A program made the position numbers and the translations under genes. Of a stretch of DNA of 64,000 nucleotides, positions 59,292 to 64,000 are shown in pieces. The notes below the pieces were generated by a model, which was not told where the DNA came from, searched no databases, and was given only the letters and a program-made list of their open reading frames with translations. The DNA lies in contig OZ252299.1 in NCBI GenBank assembly GCA_965250285.1, positions 2,272,001-2,336,000 of the forward strand, in the 5' to 3' direction. How positions within the stretch are numbered: the first letter of the stretch is position 1; every line of letters begins with the position of its first letter. The DNA is from Myxococcota bacterium (GTDB lineage Bacteria; Myxococcota_A; UBA9160; UBA4427).

Positions 59292-60086
59292 ATGCCCACG
59301 CTCACGAGTCGCCAGCGACGCGGACGCTCGCTGCTGAAGCGCTTCCTGTACTCGCAGCTCGCGCAGCGCGATGCGCTGATGATCGCGTTCGGCAAGCAGA
59401 AGCCGCTGGTGCACTTCATCGTCGAGGCCGAGCCGCCCTCGGTCTACTGGAACTTCGAAATCCGCGCCGACCGGGTCGACGACCTGCAGCGCGACCTCGA
59501 CTGCCCGATGCCGCTGACGCCGCTGCGCTGCCTCGAGGGCGAAGCGCCCTTCTACTGCATGACGCTCAACATGTACCGGGTGTCGGGCCTGGCCAACGGC
59601 ATCCGCGCCGAGTGGTCGGTGTTCGTGAAGGACGAACACGACATCACGCGGTACATGGTCGTCGAGGCCGCCGCCGATTCGGGCGCCGTCGATCCGATCA
59701 ACCTCGTGACCCGCGGTGGCGAGGCCGGGCACGTCGACGACGGTCAGACGCTCGAGAGCTGGGCCGTCGACGAGACGGGGGGCCGCTTCGACAGCGTGCT
59801 CCAGGCTCCGCACGAGGGCGAGACGGTGCGCGCCGACCCCGAGTGGGTCGAGGCGAACGACTACATCTACTGGCTGAACGGCATCTGCGACCGGACGTTC
59901 TACGACTCGGGCATGGCCAACGCGAAGATCCACCTCGTCTCGCCCGATCGCTGCAAGATCGAGGACGGCTCGCAGTGGGCGCAGTATCTCGAGCCCACGC
60001 CGCGGCACGTCGTGGTCTACGAGCACGCGATCGAGTTCGCGATGTCGCCGTGGTGGAACATTCGCGACAAGGGGCTGGAGGGCTGA
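59292..60086 (+). CDS. Hypothetical protein, possibly acetoacetate-decarboxylase-like beta fold
   Basis: GAGG RBS; typical GC3 bias; LNMYRVSGL..RAEWSVFV pattern. Confidence 0.65.
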   Translation: MPTLTSRQRRGRSLLKRFLYSQLAQRDALMIAFGKQKPLVHFIVEAEPPSVYWNFEIRADRVDDLQRDLDCPMPLTPLRCLEGEAPFYCMTLNMYRVSGLANGIRAEWSVFVKDEHDITRYMVVEAAADSGAVDPINLVTRGGEAGHVDDGQTLESWAVDETGGRFDSVLQAPHEGETVRADPEWVEANDYIYWLNGICDRTFYDSGMANAKIHLVSPDRCKIEDGSQWAQYLEPTPRHVVVYEHAIEFAMSPWWNIRDKGLEG

Positions 60087-60104
60087 CCCCAGCGCGGGGG
60101 ACGC

Positions 60105-60689
60105 TCAGTCGGCGTCTTCTTCGCGCAGCCGCACGGGCCCGAAGAGCTCGGGGTAGCGACCCTTTCGCCCTTCGTAGAACTGGCGAATCTGCTCCATGTC
60201 GGCGACGACATCGCCGGTCGGGTGCACGGCCGGACCGATGCCGCCCGTCCCGCGCTCGTAGTCGAGGTACGAGAGCACGATGGGCACGCCGGCCTTGCGT
60301 GCGATGTGGTAGAAGCCCGACTTCCAGTGCGATGTGTAGGCCCGTGTGCCCTCGGCCGGGATCACCATGCAGAGCGGTCGATCGCCGCGGACGTCGAGAT
60401 CGACGATCGCCTTGGCCATCGCGTCGACCATGTTGGTGCGCCGCTCGCGAATCACCGGCACCCCACCGAGCGCACGAAAGAACGCGCCGAAGGGCCACAT
60501 GAACATCTGTCGCTTGCCGAGCCACGCCACCTGCACGTCGTAGTACCAGGCGAAGGCGATCATGTGCGGCATGTCCCAGTTCGACGTGTGGGGCGCCGCA
60601 ATCAGGACAGTGCGGGGATCGGTCGGGCGGGCGCCATCCGGGGTCCAGCCGAAGACACGAAGCCAGATGCGCGCGAGAAACTGCTTCAA
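60105..60689 (-). CDS. Lysophospholipid/glycerol-3-phosphate acyltransferase (PlsC family)
   Basis: APHTSNWD, LGGVPV, PAEGTR, WKSGFYHIA. Start uncertain. Confidence 0.9.
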   Translation of the reverse strand: MKQFLARIWLRVFGWTPDGARPTDPRTVLIAAPHTSNWDMPHMIAFAWYYDVQVAWLGKRQMFMWPFGAFFRALGGVPVIRERRTNMVDAMAKAIVDLDVRGDRPLCMVIPAEGTRAYTSHWKSGFYHIARKAGVPIVLSYLDYERGTGGIGPAVHPTGDVVADMEQIRQFYEGRKGRYPELFGPVRLREEDAD

Positions 60690-60868
60690 AGGGAGCTCCA
60701 CCCGGGGCGATCGGGGCGCGGGGCGCGAGGCGGAAGGCACGACGCGGCGGCCGCCAGACCCCGTCGCGCGCATGCTAGCTCGCGCCCGCAACCCCCCGTC
60801 GCCAAAGCGCGCGCGCTGTGTGTCAGCTGTGTAAAATCGTGACGCGACGGGGCCGTGTCGGCGGCGTC

Positions 60869-61498
60869 TCAGCCGAGCGCCCCGTCGAGCTGGCGCTGCA
60901 TCCACTCGGCGAGCGCTTGCGCGACCGGATCACCCGTCGCCCGCAGCCCGGCGACCGTGCCTGCGCGATGCGCACGCGAGTGGTTCTGGCCGAGCTTGGC
61001 CTTGGCCTCGATCCGGTCGATGGGCAACTCGAACGCGACGACCGCGCGCCGCATACGCTCGAGGAAGTCGGCGGCCTGCTCGGTCTCCGACCAGCCTCCC
61101 GGCGGCTCGAACTGCGCGACGAGGCGGGACAGCAGCGCCTCGACGGTCCCGTCGTCTTCGATCCGCCGCGGTCGGCCGGTCACGTGCGCGGTCACGTAGT
61201 TCCAGGTGGGCACGCGCGGACCGTCGGGGTATCAGTCGGGCGAGACGTACGCGTGGGGGCCGGCGAAGACCACCAGCGCCGGGCGGCCCTCGTCGAGCAT
61301 CCCGGCGTGGTCGTTCGCCCGGGCAAAGTGTGCGCGCAGCGTGCCGCGGGGCCCGGCAGACGCCTCGAGCTCGAACGGCAGGTGGGTGCCGATCGGCGCC
61401 CCCTGCCCCGCCGAGACGATGAGCCCGAACGGGTGCGACCGGATCACCTCGTGCTGAAGCGCGAGATCATCGAGTGAGAAGGGGTCGGGGACGTACAT
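60869..61498 (-). pseudogene. paiB: FMN-binding negative transcriptional regulator (PaiB-like) interrupted by in-frame TGA at 61232-61234
   Basis: MYVP..F, THLPF, HFARAN, GPHAYVSPD-(TGA)-Y..VPTWNY, KAKLGQN; both halves in one frame. Confidence 0.8.
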
Positions 61499-61570
61499 CG
61501 CGGCCTTCCACGACGCTTCGGCGCGCCAGGGAGGTGGCCGAAGCCAGGGCGTCGCCCGAAGGCGAGCAGG

Positions 61571-62563
61571 TCAGATCGGCAGCGTCAGTTGCACCGTGCC
61601 GGTCGCGTGGTCGCCGAGGTCGTTCGCGGCGTTGACGGCGACGTCGATCACCCGCTCGCCGCCCTCTTCGCGCTCGGTGATCACCTGCCCCGTGAAGCGC
61701 AGCACCTTGTTCGGAACGGCCGGCGCGCCGAGCTTGACGTCGATCTTCGTGATCCGCGCCTCGGGGCCCGCCCAGTCGGTGACGTATCGCGCGACATAGC
61801 CGTTCGTCGTGAGGATGTTCAGAAAGATGTCGGGTGCGAACTGGGCCTGGGCATAGTCCTTGTCGTGATGCACGGGCATGAAGTCGCGCGAGGCGATCGC
61901 ACCCGCCACCACCACCGTCGCGGTCACGTTCAGGTCCCAATCGGGCAGCTTGTCGCCCGACGGCACGACCGGCTCGGGCTTGGGCGGCTTCGGCCCCTTG
62001 CGCTTCGGCCCCTCGGCGCCGGGTTTGAACTTGAACACGCGAAAGATCTGGCGTCCGACCTCCTCGTCGCCCACGAGATACGTGGTTACCCAGGTCACGA
62101 AGTAGCCCGCGCCTAGCCCGGTGCCCTTCAGCTCCGAGATTTCCTGCATTTCGGCGGTCGACTCGAGCATCTCGCCGACGGCGAGGTAGCGATCGAACTG
62201 CAGCTCCGAGTTCGTCGCGAGCGTGCCCACGAACCCCGCCTCGTCGAGCTTCACGAGGGCGCTGTCGGGATCCATCTCACCCGGCGCGCCGCCCCGCTCG
62301 GCGATGCCTTCGATGGTCGGCTCGGGAAAGGTCCACACCTGGAGCATGGCCGGCGGCGCGACGAGGTGGCCGAAGCGAGACTGCTTCGCCGCGGCCTCGT
62401 CGAGATACACGGGGTTGCGATCGTCGAGCGCTGCGACCCAGTGCCGAATCATCGGCACGTTGACGGGATCGGGCGCGGGCATGGCGTCCCCGGTCGACGT
62501 CAGCGAACGACCCACATACCGCGATACCAGCTCTTCCCTGAAGTCGTCTCGCTCTTCCGACAC
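61571..62563 (-). CDS. Fused double MaoC hydratase (ChsH2-like N-domain + ChsH1-like domain)
   Basis: DPVNVPMIRHW..APPAMLQVW, then VVVAGAIASRDFMPVHHD..NILTTNG..YVTDWAGP. Confidence 0.85.
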   Translation of the reverse strand: MSEERDDFREELVSRYVGRSLTSTGDAMPAPDPVNVPMIRHWVAALDDRNPVYLDEAAAKQSRFGHLVAPPAMLQVWTFPEPTIEGIAERGGAPGEMDPDSALVKLDEAGFVGTLATNSELQFDRYLAVGEMLESTAEMQEISELKGTGLGAGYFVTWVTTYLVGDEEVGRQIFRVFKFKPGAEGPKRKGPKPPKPEPVVPSGDKLPDWDLNVTATVVVAGAIASRDFMPVHHDKDYAQAQFAPDIFLNILTTNGYVARYVTDWAGPEARITKIDVKLGAPAVPNKVLRFTGQVITEREEGGERVIDVAVNAANDLGDHATGTVQLTLPI

Positions 62564-62892
62564 CCCGCGCTCCCTCTATTCATCGATTCGTGCACGCCCA
62601 TGCGCCCGAAGGAGAGCGATTGTAGCCGCGTGCATCGCCTGGGGGTCGTCGGCTTTGGCTTGCCTGGTCAGCCAGCAGGCCGCGCGCGGGCCGCGCGCTG
62701 AGTCGCATTGGCCAGCGCGTGCCCACGAAGTCCGGCGCGTCGCCCACGGCGCCCCCAACGCGCCGGTGCGCCGGATCGCGCCCGCAGCTGGAGGCGCCGA
62801 GCCGCTTCTGGTAGAAACTGGGCCGCCGCTGCAGGCCGCTCGCTGTGCGTCCGCCCCGATTCGCGACCGAAACCGCCTTCCCCAGAGGAATC

Positions 62893-64000
62893 ATGAGTCA
62901 GTCTCCTCCGATCATCTACACGTGGACCGACGAAGCGCCGGCCCTCGCCACCCACTCCTTCCTGCCGATCATCCGCGCGTTCGCGGGAGCGACGGGCGTG
63001 CCGGTCGAGACCCGCGACATCTCGCTGTCGGGTCGCATTCTCGCCGTCTTTCCCGACGTGCTGACCGAGGCACAGCGGCTGCCCGACGGCCTCGCCGAGC
63101 TCGGCGAGCTGGTGAAGACGCCCGAAGCCAACGTGATCAAGCTGCCGAACATCAGCGCGTCGATCCCGCAGATGAAGGCGGCGATCGCCGAGCTTCAGGG
63201 CAAGGGCTACGCCCTGCCCGACTACCCCGAAGAACCCGCCGACGACACCGAGCGCGACGTGCAGGCTCGCTACGACAAGGTGAAGGGCAGCGCGGTCAAC
63301 CCGGTGTTGCGCGAGGGCAACAGCGACCGGCGCGCGCCGAAGGCCGTCAAGGAGTACGCGCGCAAGAACCCTCATCGCATGGGCGCGTGGTCCCCCGACT
63401 CGAAGACGCACGTCGCGACCATGGACGCCGGCGACTTCAGGCACAACGAGCAGTCGGTCACCGTCGAGGCAGCGACCACGGTGTCGATCGAGCACGAGGC
63501 CCGAGACGGCACCCAGACCGTGCTCAAGGATGGCATCGCACTCCAGGCGGGCGAGATCATCGATTCGACCTTCATGAGCCGCAAGGCGCTGGTGGCCTTC
63601 CTCGAGGCCCAGGTCGCCGACGCGAAGGCCCAGGGCGTGCTCTTCTCGCTGCACATGAAGGCGACGATGATGAAGGTCTCGGACCCGATCATCTTCGGGC
63701 ACGCGGTGCGCGTCTTCTTCGCGCCGGTCTTCGAGAAGCACGGCGCCACACTCGACCGCCTCGGCGTCGACCCGAACAACGGCTTCGGCGACCTCGTCGG
63801 CAAGATCGCCGAGCTGCCCGACGCCGAGCGCAAAGAGATCGAGGCCGACATCGCCGCGGTCTACGCCGAGCGACCCGCGATCGCCATGGTCAACTCGGAC
63901 AAGGGCATCACGAACCTGCACGTCCCGAGCGACATCATCATCGACGCATCGATGCCGCCGATGATTCGCGACTCGGGCGGCATGTGGAACGCGCAGGGTG
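62893..64000 (+). CDS. icd: Monomeric NADP-dependent isocitrate dehydrogenase (3' end outside window)
   Basis: My translation: [77 protein letters not shown]. Absent from the ORF track because no stop lies in the window. Confidence 0.96.
   Translation, partial: MSQSPPIIYTWTDEAPALATHSFLPIIRAFAGATGVPVETRDISLSGRILAVFPDVLTEAQRLPDGLAELGELVKTPEANVIKLPNISASIPQMKAAIAELQGKGYALPDYPEEPADDTERDVQARYDKVKGSAVNPVLREGNSDRRAPKAVKEYARKNPHRMGAWSPDSKTHVATMDAGDFRHNEQSVTVEAATTVSIEHEARDGTQTVLKDGIALQAGEIIDSTFMSRKALVAFLEAQVADAKAQGVLFSLHMKATMMKVSDPIIFGHAVRVFFAPVFEKHGATLDRLGVDPNNGFGDLVGKIAELPDAERKEIEADIAAVYAERPAIAMVNSDKGITNLHVPSDIIIDASMPPMIRDSGGMWNAQG

Noticed and set aside
61232..61234. Possible Sec codon or genome-wide UGA=Trp code
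   Set aside because: The position aligns to Trp, not Cys. Many genes here end correctly at TGA (e.g. ribE, ltp2) and Trp is otherwise TGG.

Overview
A GC-rich (roughly 70% by eye), gene-dense bacterial chromosomal segment with about 53 protein-coding genes. I found no rRNA, tRNA, CRISPR array, prophage or transposase. Outer-membrane beta-barrels, an LPS kinase/GT4 pair, a PEP-CTERM-like protein and sigma-54 regulation indicate a diderm. Together with actinobacterial-type steroid/lipid catabolism genes (chsH2-chsH1-ltp2, FadA5-like thiolase), this suggests a Myxococcota-like organism (inference only). Main content: lipid, steroid and xenobiotic metabolism; a sigma-54-controlled persulfide-detoxification cluster (pdo, rhodanese, tauE, two YeeE/YedE) with visible -24/-12 promoter and enhancer palindromes; two 7TM histidine kinases; and a YfiR + CHASE8-chemoreceptor pair. 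Highlights the ORF track misses: (1) a membrane-anchored peroxiredoxin-like selenoprotein (in-frame UGA in W-U-P-Y-C followed by a SECIS-like hairpin) split into two ORFs; (2) a second in-frame UGA at a conserved Trp of a PaiB-like gene, probably a nonsense mutation; (3) two copies of a CTAGGGAACCT-ended MITE-like element whose ends supply gene stop codons; (4) a monomeric isocitrate dehydrogenase running off the right edge. All functional calls come from motif recognition by eye, with no database search.
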